Positions 28,502 through 37,672 are shown, counted from the first letter of the stretch. The stretch: DNA of 64,000 nt from an uncultured Clostridia bacterium (GCA_964539975.1 CAZIKK010000002.1:129282-193281), one strand, 5' to 3'. Numbers and translations are program-made. Notes: generated from the letters alone by a model not told the origin.

Positions 28502-29507
28502 TAATTTTCACCATCATCCTATGCTTTTCTATTTCTATCCCTAACATATTCTTTTTAATCATTTCCTGACTGGATTTTTCTTGCTCCACCAGTTGTTCAA
28601 ATGCTTTAATCAGACGTTCAGTCGTGATTTCTTCTATCTCATCAAAATACGGTTGTCCCATTATTTCACAGAAAGCTTTCACTTTTGGGTCATAGGAAAG
28701 TCCTAAAAATGGCATCCCATAAGAAGCACCTACTATCAAGGAATGTAATCTCATCCCAATCACAAACCTCCCTTTGGAAAACACTTTCTCCAACGCATCC
28801 AATTCATTAAAAGTTTGCACCTTTCCTAATGCTTCCATCGCTTTTTCATCGTGACCACTTTGCATGGATACCAATTCGACCTTATGTTTTTTTTGCTTCA
28901 AGTATTCTATGAATCCGCCCATAGCGCTTGTCGTTTGTTCAACACCATCCCAAATCCGAAGATTAATAATGATTGATTTATTTGTATTATCTCTCATTCC
29001 ATGATACTTCAGTGCTAAATCTGCCCCCAACATGACATGTTCGTGGCTTACGGGGTTGTTGAGCCATTCATATGAATACGCATCTCTCAAGTGGACAAGT
29101 TTTGTTCTGAGCAACGTCCACTTTACCATTTTTTTCTGCCACCACCCATTAATTGGTCCTATTCCATTCCCAATTAAAATAACTTCTTTATTAAGTAGTA
29201 ATGAAATATTTATCAACGCTAAATAGTATAGTAAACTCCTATTAGATGTGACATTTTGAAGCATGCTTCCGCCGCCGCCTACGACAAGGTCTGAATTTGT
29301 TATGCCTTTCAAAATTCTAAAAAACTTATTTCGACTGATCCCTTTTATTCTATGGTTTTTCCAAGTGTTTTCTACATTATAGGATAAAGCTGAAATGTTG
29401 TTTATTGACACATGTTTCTTAAACAAATTGATTGTTTCTCGTAATAATAGCTCATCACCCATATTGCCAGAACCATAATACCCTATGACAAAGATTTGTT
29501 TAGTCAT
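28482..29507 (-). CDS. csaB: polysaccharide pyruvyl transferase CsaB
   Basis: MTKQIFVIGYYGSGNMGDELLL, GGGGSMLQNVTSNRSLLYY, IGNGIGPI and LRD blocks typical of CsaB. Start chosen at 29507. Confidence 0.85.
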   Translation of the reverse strand: MTKQIFVIGYYGSGNMGDELLLRETINLFKKHVSINNISALSYNVENTWKNHRIKGISRNKFFRILKGITNSDLVVGGGGSMLQNVTSNRSLLYYLALINISLLLNKEVILIGNGIGPINGWWQKKMVKWTLLRTKLVHLRDAYSYEWLNNPVSHEHVMLGADLALKYHGMRDNTNKSIIINLRIWDGVEQTTSAMGGFIEYLKQKKHKVELVSMQSGHDEKAMEALGKVQTFNELDALEKVFSKGRFVIGMRLHSLIVGASYGMPFLGLSYDPKVKAFCEIMGQPYFDEIEEITTERLIKAFEQLVEQEKSSQEMIKKNMLGIEIEKHRMMVKINELFQK

Positions 29508-30537
29508 TTTTATATACCTGCTCATAGTCATCGACCATCTTCCTTAACGAATGGTGTTCTTTAACGAATTCTCTTTGCCAATTGAAGTTTTTCGGATCCA
29601 TCTCCAATAGTTTCTCAATTTCTTTCATTAACCCATAGTACTCCAGAGATTGTCCATTCCTTGCAGTGAAGTTGTCTTGTTTTGCCAACTCCAGTTTTTC
29701 AGGAGTTTCAATAACTCCAAGCATTCCATAGTCTCCTGCCAATACCACTGGCATGTTCATACTCATTGCTTCCAAAGCGGCTCTGCTAATCCCCACAAAA
29801 ATATCACTTTTCATGAGTTCCTTTTCAACTTGATAAGATGCTCCAGTTAAGTTTATGTTGGAGAAATCTCCTGCCAAAGATTTTAATCCATCAAATCTTG
29901 TTCCATCACCAACTACTCTCAGATTTATCCCAGTTTCTTGTGCGTAACGAATAAGTAACTCCGCTGTCTTGCTCGTGGATCCATCAAGTCTACTAACATG
30001 AATTATTTCCGAATAGGGGTATTGTATGGTTTCTCTATTGAAACGATTTGTATCAATTCCATTGATTGTCTTAAATATTTTTGCACTTTCTACCGGGTAA
30101 TTCTCCAGCAAATAAGTTCGAATGTCGTCACTTACCACAAAGATTTCATTTCCCCACTGAGTGATTCTTTTTAACAACCAATTCGTTTTAAACTTGCCAT
30201 GGACAGTGGTAATCATTCTGAATTTAAATTTTTTCTCAAATACACTAGCATAGAGAGCTGGTATTCTTGCATGGGCATGAACAATATCTGGGTTGTACTC
30301 TTTTAAAGTCTTGTTAAGTTTAGAAAGGGACTTTAGCACAAATTGAGGTTTTTTAGAGTGCATTGGAATGGTGACTACTTTCACGCCACCATCAATTAAT
30401 TCTTTCGTGTACGCACCCCCATTTGAAGCAACCATCACATCATACCCTCTACTGACTAGTTCTTTTGATAGTTCTACCACATGAGTTTCTGCGCCACCTA
30501 TTTCCAAACTCATTAAGCACTGCAAAATTTTTTTCAT
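29500..30537 (-). CDS. GT4-family glycosyltransferase
   Basis: GT-B fold, N-terminal GGAETHVVELSKEL, C-terminal RAALEAMSMNMPVV (E-x7-E region). Confidence 0.85.
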   Translation of the reverse strand: MKKILQCLMSLEIGGAETHVVELSKELVSRGYDVMVASNGGAYTKELIDGGVKVVTIPMHSKKPQFVLKSLSKLNKTLKEYNPDIVHAHARIPALYASVFEKKFKFRMITTVHGKFKTNWLLKRITQWGNEIFVVSDDIRTYLLENYPVESAKIFKTINGIDTNRFNRETIQYPYSEIIHVSRLDGSTSKTAELLIRYAQETGINLRVVGDGTRFDGLKSLAGDFSNINLTGASYQVEKELMKSDIFVGISRAALEAMSMNMPVVLAGDYGMLGVIETPEKLELAKQDNFTARNGQSLEYYGLMKEIEKLLEMDPKNFNWQREFVKEHHSLRKMVDDYEQVYKND

Positions 30538-31004
30538 GGCCAGTCAATCCTTTCGATTTTCCCGGATGTTATGACATGCTTTGTGTAGAACCTAAAATCA
30601 GAGTTGATTTTAATTTCAGATATGCCATCCGCATAATACCCTGCATCCCGCTCCAACAGGTTGGCATTTACAGTTACAAAAATGGTGTACCGCTCAGGAA
30701 CCTCAGCAAAAACAAGATTCCCGTCAAGCGTTTCAATTTTGTCTTTATAAGGAATAGCCTCCAAGTCTATTATCCGACCTACAAAACTATTGGTTTCATC
30801 AGACACCAATGGTTCATCAATTTTCAAGGATGAAACTGTTGCCTCTCTCACATTGTCCACTTTTATCACAATAGATGCTTGGTTCATCTCCATAGAAACA
30901 TCGCCACCAGTACTTTGGTTGCCTCCTACCTTGAGTAAAATAACGAGAATTCCACCTAAGACAAATACAATCAGCGTTATATCGATCCAATTAATTTTTT
31001 TCAT
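30534..31004 (-). CDS. membrane-anchored protein of unknown function (DUF4330-like), paralog B
   Basis: One N-terminal TM (IDITLIVFVLGGILVILL) plus a beta-rich domain; shares SFVGRIIDLEAIPY and ERYTIFVTVNA blocks with the next ORF. Family name is from memory and not HMM-verified. Confidence 0.7.
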   Translation of the reverse strand: MKKINWIDITLIVFVLGGILVILLKVGGNQSTGGDVSMEMNQASIVIKVDNVREATVSSLKIDEPLVSDETNSFVGRIIDLEAIPYKDKIETLDGNLVFAEVPERYTIFVTVNANLLERDAGYYADGISEIKINSDFRFYTKHVITSGKIERIDWP

Positions 31005-31495
31005 TGAATTCCCTCCTTTATACCCACGACATAACCATATGAAGCGAACCCTTTTCCTTTAATAGGAAACATCGCACCTACTTTAATGTTTTCCTGATTC
31101 ACCCATATGTGGTAATTGTCTTGCACAGAATCTGCTTGAATGGTTATTCTCACAATATAGCGGTCCTTCACTAACTGGTTTTTGAAAACCCCTTCTGATA
31201 AGTCAGGCACTGCCATTAAATAAGGTTGAACATCTAAGTCTACTACGACCCCAACGTAACTATTCTTGTTTGAGTTGTATACATTGCCGCCAATCTCTAT
31301 TTGTTCTGTGAAACTCTTGGGTACATCTGTTGTTTCATATACATATTGTACGGGTATTCTATTCGATGTGGTGGTGCTAGTGTTCCCAAAATAGCTCCAT
31401 GCAACCAAACCTAGAACAACTATCATTAATACAATTGCAAGATCAACGACACTGATTTTGTTAAATAAAATTCCTTTCCGATCGATTACTTTCAT
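31001..31495 (-). CDS. membrane-anchored protein of unknown function (DUF4330-like), paralog A
   Basis: MKVIDRKGILFNKISVVDLAIVLMIVVLGL N-terminus (as I recall for DUF4330), then a beta-rich domain with SYVGVVVDLDVQPY and DRYIVRITIQA. Confidence 0.7.
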   Translation of the reverse strand: MKVIDRKGILFNKISVVDLAIVLMIVVLGLVAWSYFGNTSTTTSNRIPVQYVYETTDVPKSFTEQIEIGGNVYNSNKNSYVGVVVDLDVQPYLMAVPDLSEGVFKNQLVKDRYIVRITIQADSVQDNYHIWVNQENIKVGAMFPIKGKGFASYGYVVGIKEGIQ

Positions 31496-32556
31496 AATCC
31501 CTCCCGATAAAATGCTTCTGTTTCTTTTACCATTTGATGAATCGTAAAATGGTCACGTGTTTTTTTTCTTCCATTCATACCCATCCGAACCCTTTTTTCT
31601 TTAGAGGCCATCAACACCATCAATCTATCCGTGAAAGCTTCATAATCTTCATACTTCACCAAGTAGCCGTCAATAGAATCAGCGATGACTTCTTTTATAC
31701 CTGGCAGATTGAAAGCAACCACAGGTCTACCATGAGCAAAAGCTTCAAGAGCTACGAATGACAAAGCTTCAGAGCGTGATGTGTTTACGATTATATCTGA
31801 CTTTTGGTAAACCCACTCTATATCATCGACATGTCCTAAAAGATCAATCGGCAATTCTTTCAACTTCACTGTTTCTTCTAATTCTTCTTTTAAGGAGCCC
31901 TCTCCTACCATGAGGATTTTAAACGGAATCGAACTACGATTTTTTAATAATTCTGCGATGCGGATCATATGATCTGGTCCCTTTATCCATTCCAGTCTTC
32001 CAACTAAAGAAATGACTACCTTACCCTCTTCAGTGTCATACGGTATCACACTACTAGGCTCAACACCATTGTAAATTCTCTTTATTGATGTTTCCTTAAC
32101 TCCTTCTTCAATTAAATTATCGACTACCGCGTTTGAAACTGCTATTACTTTTGACCGTACAAGCTTATTCATTATTTTTTTTATGAACCGTTTATATTTG
32201 TTGGAGTTGTCGCTTAACGTGTGTTTCGTGTATATGACTTTTTTTGTCCTTGTTATTTGTGCGGCAAGACGCCCTGACAAGGACCCGTGCGTGTGAACAA
32301 TATCAGGCCTCTCATCTTTGATTACTTTATATAATGCACGAGTCCCTTTAAGCGAAAATGACTTATCTTGAATGCTGGGAACTTGTATCAAACGAGAATT
32401 CTTAATATGTTTGTGCAAAATGCTTTCCACTGGTGTGACAATAATCATATCAAAAACATCTCTATCTATATTGGAATCCAGAGTTTTTAGGTACTGCCCT
32501 GCTCCTCCAAAATTTGTATCTGAAATAATTTCTAAAACCTTTATCCTATTAGTCAA
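31492..32556 (-). CDS. GT4-family glycosyltransferase
   Basis: GT-B fold; FGGAGQYL N-terminus; C-terminal SEALSFVALEAFAHGRPVVAFNLPGIKEVI. Confidence 0.87.
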   Translation of the reverse strand: MTNRIKVLEIISDTNFGGAGQYLKTLDSNIDRDVFDMIIVTPVESILHKHIKNSRLIQVPSIQDKSFSLKGTRALYKVIKDERPDIVHTHGSLSGRLAAQITRTKKVIYTKHTLSDNSNKYKRFIKKIMNKLVRSKVIAVSNAVVDNLIEEGVKETSIKRIYNGVEPSSVIPYDTEEGKVVISLVGRLEWIKGPDHMIRIAELLKNRSSIPFKILMVGEGSLKEELEETVKLKELPIDLLGHVDDIEWVYQKSDIIVNTSRSEALSFVALEAFAHGRPVVAFNLPGIKEVIADSIDGYLVKYEDYEAFTDRLMVLMASKEKRVRMGMNGRKKTRDHFTIHQMVKETEAFYREGL

Positions 32557-34001
32557 TTGTTTTCTCCTTTGGCGGCATTTGCTGACAGATATCCAATTCC
32601 CATCATGAAAAAGTAAAAGAATAAAATATCACTGTTGTGCCAAACATGATCGACAAGTCCTTGAATTGAGCACCCTAACACTCCTGCAAATGCAGCAAAC
32701 GAATAATAGGACCAACAACTCTTGAATTTTTGAACAGACATTACCTGTCTAAACCATATGACCATCATGTAGAGCCATGCAATGAACCCTACTATTCCAA
32801 GTTCAATCATTACCATTAATGGTGTATTATGAGCATGAAACGATTTAGCAGCCGTATAAGCATAAATCTTATACAATTCTTTGAAATTTCCTAACCCAAC
32901 ACCTACTATTGGGTAATCGTGCAACATATCTAAAGAAGCCATGTAAATTGACATCCTGTACGATGTTGACGTGTCTCCTCCTTGGAAGACCGTCAAAATT
33001 CTTGCAAAAACAGATGCCGGTAATATAAAAGGACTTACTAGAAGCAACATCACCAAAAAAGGTAAGTACTTCTTATCCCAAATAACAATCATTAGTGCAA
33101 TCACTATAGCAAAGCTTAGCATGGCACCTCTTGAGAAAGTTAAAAAAACATTCAAGCTTCCCAAAACGAATACTAGTGAGTAAATTGCTTTTAAAGCCTT
33201 TTTCTTTTGAATATTTGCTCCTGCAAAAATGATGGGCAATGTTAAAACCAAGAATTCACCAAATACATTTGGATTACCAAACACGCTGTAAATTCTGGTT
33301 ACATTTCCTCCTGTACTTTCGTCCAACCACGCCGGGTCAACTGGTACTCCAACCATATATTGATACATCCCATGCAGTGATAACACAAAAACCAATCCTG
33401 CTATTAAATGAATCAAGTTCATCAGAGCAATCTTGCTTTTGAGGAATCCTACTATAGCAATCATGAATAGAGTCACTGAAAAGTAATTGATAAATACTAA
33501 GACACCATCACTTATCACCTCATTGAAAAGAAGGCTAATGAACAAATACAGAATAAACAACCATCCCGAAAATATTAACGGTTTGCTCTGATGTTGGATA
33601 TGGTCCAACTTGAACATGCGATAAAGCATCAACAAAGACATCCCTATTGAGATCAATATGCTAAAAGATGTCGGCAAAAAAGGGTATAGCATAACATTTA
33701 ATCCGATTAGCACCTCTAAAGATCTCTCTTTTGTCAACGACGTAATGATAACACTATTTTGTAGGATACCCTCGCCACTTTCTTTCTTCCTAACCTCGAC
33801 TAAATTAAGTGAGTAGCTATTTTCAATGCCCTTTAACATGCTTTCGTTGGAAACAATCTTTGGAATCAAAACACTTTCATTCAACAAGCTTCTAAAATAT
33901 TGCAATGATTTGTGCATTATGTTTCTCAACAGGCTATTATTGAATTGATTCTGTAAGCTGTTAAGCATTTTTTTGCTGTTGCGAATGATTATTGACTCCA
34001 T
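32553..34001 (-). CDS. O-antigen ligase/polymerase-family (Wzy_C) membrane protein
   Basis: About 95-aa soluble N-terminal extension, then about 11 TM with a Wzy_C-type loop (LTFSRGAMLSF...HAHNTPLMVMIELG). Confidence 0.8.
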   Translation of the reverse strand: MESIIIRNSKKMLNSLQNQFNNSLLRNIMHKSLQYFRSLLNESVLIPKIVSNESMLKGIENSYSLNLVEVRKKESGEGILQNSVIITSLTKERSLEVLIGLNVMLYPFLPTSFSILISIGMSLLMLYRMFKLDHIQHQSKPLIFSGWLFILYLFISLLFNEVISDGVLVFINYFSVTLFMIAIVGFLKSKIALMNLIHLIAGLVFVLSLHGMYQYMVGVPVDPAWLDESTGGNVTRIYSVFGNPNVFGEFLVLTLPIIFAGANIQKKKALKAIYSLVFVLGSLNVFLTFSRGAMLSFAIVIALMIVIWDKKYLPFLVMLLLVSPFILPASVFARILTVFQGGDTSTSYRMSIYMASLDMLHDYPIVGVGLGNFKELYKIYAYTAAKSFHAHNTPLMVMIELGIVGFIAWLYMMVIWFRQVMSVQKFKSCWSYYSFAAFAGVLGCSIQGLVDHVWHNSDILFFYFFMMGIGYLSANAAKGENN

Positions 34002-34147
34002 TTTTTCTCCTTAACTTCATTATTTGTTGATAGATACGCTATGATATTATACCAAAATGAGTCTCAGCTTTCTACAATCAAATACTCAAATACTTGTTGC
34101 TTAATCTTTGTGCCTCATTTAAAATATAAAAGAATATATATTGAGAG

Positions 34148-34711
34148 GTGGTTAAATTGCGTATAAAACATGGTTTTACATTAATTCTTATTGTCCTATT
34201 GTTTTTGATTGGATATAGTTTTCATTCCGTTGCAGAAGCTTCTGATAATGACCCCTTGATTTCTTTAAGTTATTTTAACCAAGTCATTGATAATATACAA
34301 ACAGCCATCAATGATAGATTACATGAACAAGAGGCTTCAATTTCAGAACTAAAAACCGTAGTTCCTTCTGGTAGCTATTCGCTTGAGGTGGTTGAATTAT
34401 TTGCTACCAATGAGTTGTTAAACGAATCTGGAAAAACCATCACAACTGAAGGACAAAGCAAAGTCTATGTTGGCACTCGCATCGTGGCAGATGCAGGAAC
34501 AGAAATTATTTTGAGGTTCTCTAATGGTTTGACTACATCAATCGCAAGTGACCAAGGTGGTCTGTCAGATGTTACAGCAGGACATGACATAGCGAATGGT
34601 GCCCAAATCCCTACCAATCATTTATTGATCATACCAAGAACTGATGGTCGAGGTGTCCGTATCAGTAACCATGCGATATTTATGATACGAGGCGGATACA
34701 CAGTCGAATAA
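34148..34711 (+). CDS. secreted protein of unknown function
   Basis: Signal peptide with AEA-S cleavage site, a helical segment, then a beta-rich C-domain (GTEIILRFSNGL, GGLSDVTAGHDI, HLLIIPRTDGRGV). The likely true start is TTG at 34157, 8 nt after GAGAGG. It has its own promoter and terminator. Confidence 0.7.
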   Translation: MVKLRIKHGFTLILIVLLFLIGYSFHSVAEASDNDPLISLSYFNQVIDNIQTAINDRLHEQEASISELKTVVPSGSYSLEVVELFATNELLNESGKTITTEGQSKVYVGTRIVADAGTEIILRFSNGLTTSIASDQGGLSDVTAGHDIANGAQIPTNHLLIIPRTDGRGVRISNHAIFMIRGGYTVE

Positions 34712-34717
34712 TTAGTG

Positions 34718-34748
34718 AAGGATAAATCCATGATTTATCCTTTTTTTA
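34718..34748 (+). terminator. intrinsic terminator of the orphan gene, overlapping the convergent gene's last codons
   Basis: AAGGATAAATC-CAT-GATTTATCCTT followed by T7. Confidence 0.75.
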
Positions 34749-35967
34749 TTCTATCTCTCATTACACTTGGTAGTGCCTCTAAAATGTCCGATGCAATCAA
34801 GCTGTATTCTCCGGTTTTTTTTGCAGCCTCATCCCCAGCCAACCCATGTAAATAAACGCCTATTCTCGATGCTTCAAATGCTTGATGCCCTTGTCCCACA
34901 AGGCTGATTATAATTCCTGATAAGACATCACCACTGCCTGCAGTTGCCATCCCAGGATTTCCTGACGTATTAATGTGTGTCCTTCTTCCATCCGTAATGA
35001 TTGTCTTGTTTCCTTTCAACACAGTTATCACTCCGTATTTTTTCGCGAATTGTTCGGCAACTTGTACACGATTGTTCTTTATTTCTTCCACCTGTGTTTT
35101 TAAAATTCTTGCCATTTCCATTTCATGAGGCGTTATGATTGTACAAGCTTTTCTATGGGAAAGCAATGATAACTGTCCAGAAAGAGCATTTAATCCATCA
35201 GCATCAATTAGCAAAGGTTTTTCCCAAGTTTTAACAATTTTTTGGATCAACTGCTGTGTGTCTTTCTCTATTCCCATACCCATGCCCATGCACAAAGCAT
35301 CGTACTTATCCCACTTATTCTGAATAGAGTAGAAATCATCCATTATTAAATGGTCACCTTTGAAACTAATTTCTTCCAATATCACTTCTGTGAGTTTTAT
35401 GCTTAACGTATTGAAGATTTTTTCAGGGACAAGTGCATAAACCAACCCAGAACCAGACCTAAGGGCCGCTATGCATGATAAGTAAATTGATCCTGACATA
35501 CCCCTCTTTCCACCAACTATGCCAACTCTTCCATAGTCTCCTTTGTGGGTGTCTTTTTCTCTTTTTTTCAATTCTATATCATCCTTCAACTGATCATCAT
35601 GACCATTCAGTGCGACTGCAATGGCCATCGCATATTCTTCAACATGTGTTATGGATACTGAAACCTGATCTATCCTGAGTGTTTTTGCGATTTGATCTGC
35701 GCGTCCATGAAGCTTAACAACAGGACTTCCTTTTTCGTTGGGTGTGATCTCAATTTCTTTCCAGCCAAATCCAGCCACTCCTGTTCCAAAAACTTTGCTA
35801 ACAGCTTCTTTTCCCGCAAAAATTCCAGCTGCGGTTTCTGCCCTCATTTTCCTGGATTTTAGATAAGCTATCTCCTGTTCAGAAAATATTTTTTGAACGA
35901 ATTTTTCTTGCGTTATCAGCTTTTCTATCCTATCCACCCGTACCAAATCTGAACCAACTTTTATCAT
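34735..35967 (-). CDS. fusion protein: holo-ACP synthase (AcpS) + ADP-dependent NAD(P)HX dehydratase (YjeF_C)
   Basis: N-terminal 120 aa: IKVGSDLVRVDRI, FAGKEAVSKVFGTG, GSPVVKLHG (AcpS). The rest: HKGDYGRVGIVGG, ITPHEMEMARI, VLKGNKTII, GNPGMATAGSGDVLSG (carbohydrate-kinase-fold dehydratase). Start chosen at ATG 35967. Confidence 0.85.
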   Translation of the reverse strand: MIKVGSDLVRVDRIEKLITQEKFVQKIFSEQEIAYLKSRKMRAETAAGIFAGKEAVSKVFGTGVAGFGWKEIEITPNEKGSPVVKLHGRADQIAKTLRIDQVSVSITHVEEYAMAIAVALNGHDDQLKDDIELKKREKDTHKGDYGRVGIVGGKRGMSGSIYLSCIAALRSGSGLVYALVPEKIFNTLSIKLTEVILEEISFKGDHLIMDDFYSIQNKWDKYDALCMGMGMGIEKDTQQLIQKIVKTWEKPLLIDADGLNALSGQLSLLSHRKACTIITPHEMEMARILKTQVEEIKNNRVQVAEQFAKKYGVITVLKGNKTIITDGRRTHINTSGNPGMATAGSGDVLSGIIISLVGQGHQAFEASRIGVYLHGLAGDEAAKKTGEYSLIASDILEALPSVMRDRIKKG

Positions 35968-36078
35968 TATTATCACCCACTTGATTATATAGTTTGAGGA
36001 TAAAATTGTAAACATTCAATTGACATGTTCGCGACCTTATATAATAATAGATAGTAGCAAAAAGACAGAGGTGTAAAT

Positions 36079-36708
36079 ATGAATAATGTCTATATTATTG
36101 ATCATCCATTAATACAACACAAGCTAACCATGTTAAGAGACAAAAATACTTCCTCAAAAGATTTTAGAGCTCTTGTCAGTGAAGTCTCTATGTTAATGGC
36201 ATATGAGGTGACTAGGAGTCTACCTTTAGAAGAGGTCGCAGTCGAAACGCCCATATGTAAGTCAAAGGGAAAATCCTTGAGTGGTTTAGACGTTGCCATT
36301 GTTCCAATTATGCGTGCTGGAATGGGTATGGTAGAAGGTATGCTATCATTGATTCCAAATGCAAAAGTAGGTCATATTGGAATATATCGAAACGAAGAAA
36401 CCATTCAACCTGTTGAGTATTATTGCAAGTTGCCATCTGATATTTCGAAGAGATTGGTTATTGTTACTGATCCAATGCTAGCGACTGGTGGTTCTTTAAG
36501 AGATGCTGTTACAATGTTGAAAAAAAGAGGGGCTGTCCAAATAAAAGCAATGATTCTAGTTGCAACTGAAGTTGGGATTGCAGAAGTTCAAAAGCACCAC
36601 CCCGACATAGAGATTTATACCATCTCTATTGACGAAGGACTTAATGAACATTCTTACATTGTTCCAGGTCTAGGTGATGCTGGTGATAGGTTATTTGGAA
36701 CTAAATAG
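36079..36708 (+). CDS. upp: uracil phosphoribosyltransferase
   Basis: [18 protein letters not shown] loop [27 protein letters not shown]. Confidence 0.97.
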   Translation: MNNVYIIDHPLIQHKLTMLRDKNTSSKDFRALVSEVSMLMAYEVTRSLPLEEVAVETPICKSKGKSLSGLDVAIVPIMRAGMGMVEGMLSLIPNAKVGHIGIYRNEETIQPVEYYCKLPSDISKRLVIVTDPMLATGGSLRDAVTMLKKRGAVQIKAMILVATEVGIAEVQKHHPDIEIYTISIDEGLNEHSYIVPGLGDAGDRLFGTK

Positions 36709-36723
36709 GTGCATAGTATGAGT

Positions 36724-36749
36724 AAAAGGAACTGACTGTTCCTTTTTTT
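36724..36749 (+). terminator. intrinsic terminator after upp
   Basis: AGGAAC-TGACT-GTTCCT followed by T7. Confidence 0.75.
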
Positions 36750-36751
36750 CT

Positions 36752-36780
36752 TTGAATTATTATGTTTTTTTTATTATAAT
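36752..36780 (+). promoter_or_regulatory. sigma-A type promoter of metF-metH
   Basis: TTGAAT-17 nt-TATAAT (-35 at 36752-36757, -10 at 36775-36780). Confidence 0.55.
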
Positions 36781-36810
36781 GAGTTAATCAAAGAACAAGA
36801 AGGTGGTCAA

Positions 36811-37671
36811 ATGTATCTATTAGAAAAATTCAAGAAAAAGTACCCAGTCATCTCTTTTGAGATTTTCCCTCCAAATGCCCATATGTCACTCAAAAAGCTA
36901 ATTGATGTCATTGATGAGTTGGCTATTTATCGCCCTGATTACATTTCAGTAACTTATGGTGCTTCTGGCAACTCAAATAACAATTATACGATTGATATTG
37001 CGGGCTATATAAAAGAGAAGTTCTCAATTGAGGCAATGCCGCATATGACATGTGTCTCTGCTTCAAAAGAACAAGTCTATGATCTTGCCGAACAACTAAT
37101 GAAAAAAGATATCAAGAATCTACTCGCCTTAAGAGGCGACTTGCCGAAAGATCTTTCCCAAAAGTCCAATGATTTTTCTTATGCATCTGACTTGATTTCT
37201 TTCATCAAAACACTACCGTTTCCAGTTGCAACATCTGCTGCTTGCTATCCTGAAGGTCATATGGAATCCCCCTCTATTGATATAGACATCCAACATTTAA
37301 AGTATAAAGTAAGCCAAGGTGTAGACTTTCTGATCACGCAACTCTTTTTTGACAATCAAAAGTTTTACTCATTCAAGGAAAAACTTGTACAACAGAGAAT
37401 AGACCCGCCTATATCAATAGGTATCATGCCCATTACAAATGCCAAACAAATAAAACGCATCCTCGCTTTAAGTGGTGCTTCTGTCCCTACCACATTAAAG
37501 AGAACATTGGATAAGTATGAAACTGATCCGTCTAGCATGTTCGAAGCTGGAATTGAATTCGCTTGCAACCAAATTGAAGAACTGTCAAGTTTTGGTGTTG
37601 ATGGTTATCACTTGTATGTAATGAACAAACCTGAAGTTGCAAAAAAAATCTACCGAAACATGGGATGGTAA
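36811..37671 (+). CDS. metF: 5,10-methylenetetrahydrofolate reductase
   Basis: ISFEIFPP start, TIM-barrel MTHFR blocks (ISVTYGASG, LALRGD, DFLITQLFFD). Confidence 0.9.
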   Translation: MYLLEKFKKKYPVISFEIFPPNAHMSLKKLIDVIDELAIYRPDYISVTYGASGNSNNNYTIDIAGYIKEKFSIEAMPHMTCVSASKEQVYDLAEQLMKKDIKNLLALRGDLPKDLSQKSNDFSYASDLISFIKTLPFPVATSAACYPEGHMESPSIDIDIQHLKYKVSQGVDFLITQLFFDNQKFYSFKEKLVQQRIDPPISIGIMPITNAKQIKRILALSGASVPTTLKRTLDKYETDPSSMFEAGIEFACNQIEELSSFGVDGYHLYVMNKPEVAKKIYRNMGW

Positions 37672-37672
37672 T

